From NCBI GenBank assembly GCA_964016885.1, contig OZ024743.1:324446001-324510000 (forward strand): a DNA stretch of 64,000 nt. Reading direction: 5' to 3'. Below, in pieces: positions 63,688-64,000 of the stretch; positions within the stretch are counted from its first letter, which is position 1; each line of letters begins with the position of its first letter. The translations under genes were made by a program, and so were the position numbers. The notes below the pieces were generated by a model. The model did not search any database and had not been told where the DNA came from. It was given only the letters and a program-made list of their open reading frames with translations. This stretch comes from Eledone cirrhosa (taxonomy: Eukaryota).

Positions 63688-64000
63688 TCTTTTTCCGTGT
63701 AAGTCTCCAGGCATAGCGAGGACTCTGGAAACTTATTAAAAAAATAATTCAGTGGAAAGGAAATAGCGAAGCGTGGACTAGATTCCTAGCCATTGAGAAA
63801 GTCACTGCCTCTTCGTCTGTGGCAAATTCAAAAAGAATCAATCACGTGACATCGAGGTCAATCAGTGGAAAGCGAATGGTTAATAAGACAGCGGCCAGCC
63901 TACTACCATAGTAGCAGTCATAGCCAAATATTGCTCGACAAATGAATTGGAGAAGACAAAACCTATATATTTGCTAGCATTGATATGCATCTGTGTGTAT

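Overview
Eukaryotic, AT-rich, extremely repeat-dense DNA. The microsatellite load and SINE/PLE repertoire suggest a coleoid cephalopod such as Octopus (inference, not proven). No host gene can be called with confidence; only a few weak minus-strand exon candidates were seen. The window is a nested mosaic of mobile DNA: a non-autonomous Gypsy-type LTR element with a tRNA-Trp primer site (121-2066), Helitron pieces, two R4/Dong-like RLE LINEs sitting in microsatellites, a complete hAT (Buster/Charlie-type) transposon carrying a CR1-type LINE with an open 919-aa APE-RT ORF, two mariners, RTE fragments, tRNA-derived SINEs, Penelope-like (GIY-YIG) elements and minisatellites. The most notable signal is RNA-level. 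A near-perfect 485-bp tandem array (40125-41737) carries one complete type-I hammerhead ribozyme per unit, with a palindromic stem III, i.e. a candidate non-LTR retrozyme/circRNA element. More than a dozen further hammerhead-like motifs from several families occur across the window, many duplicated as fold-back palindromes. All coordinates and pairings were read by eye and need computational confirmation.
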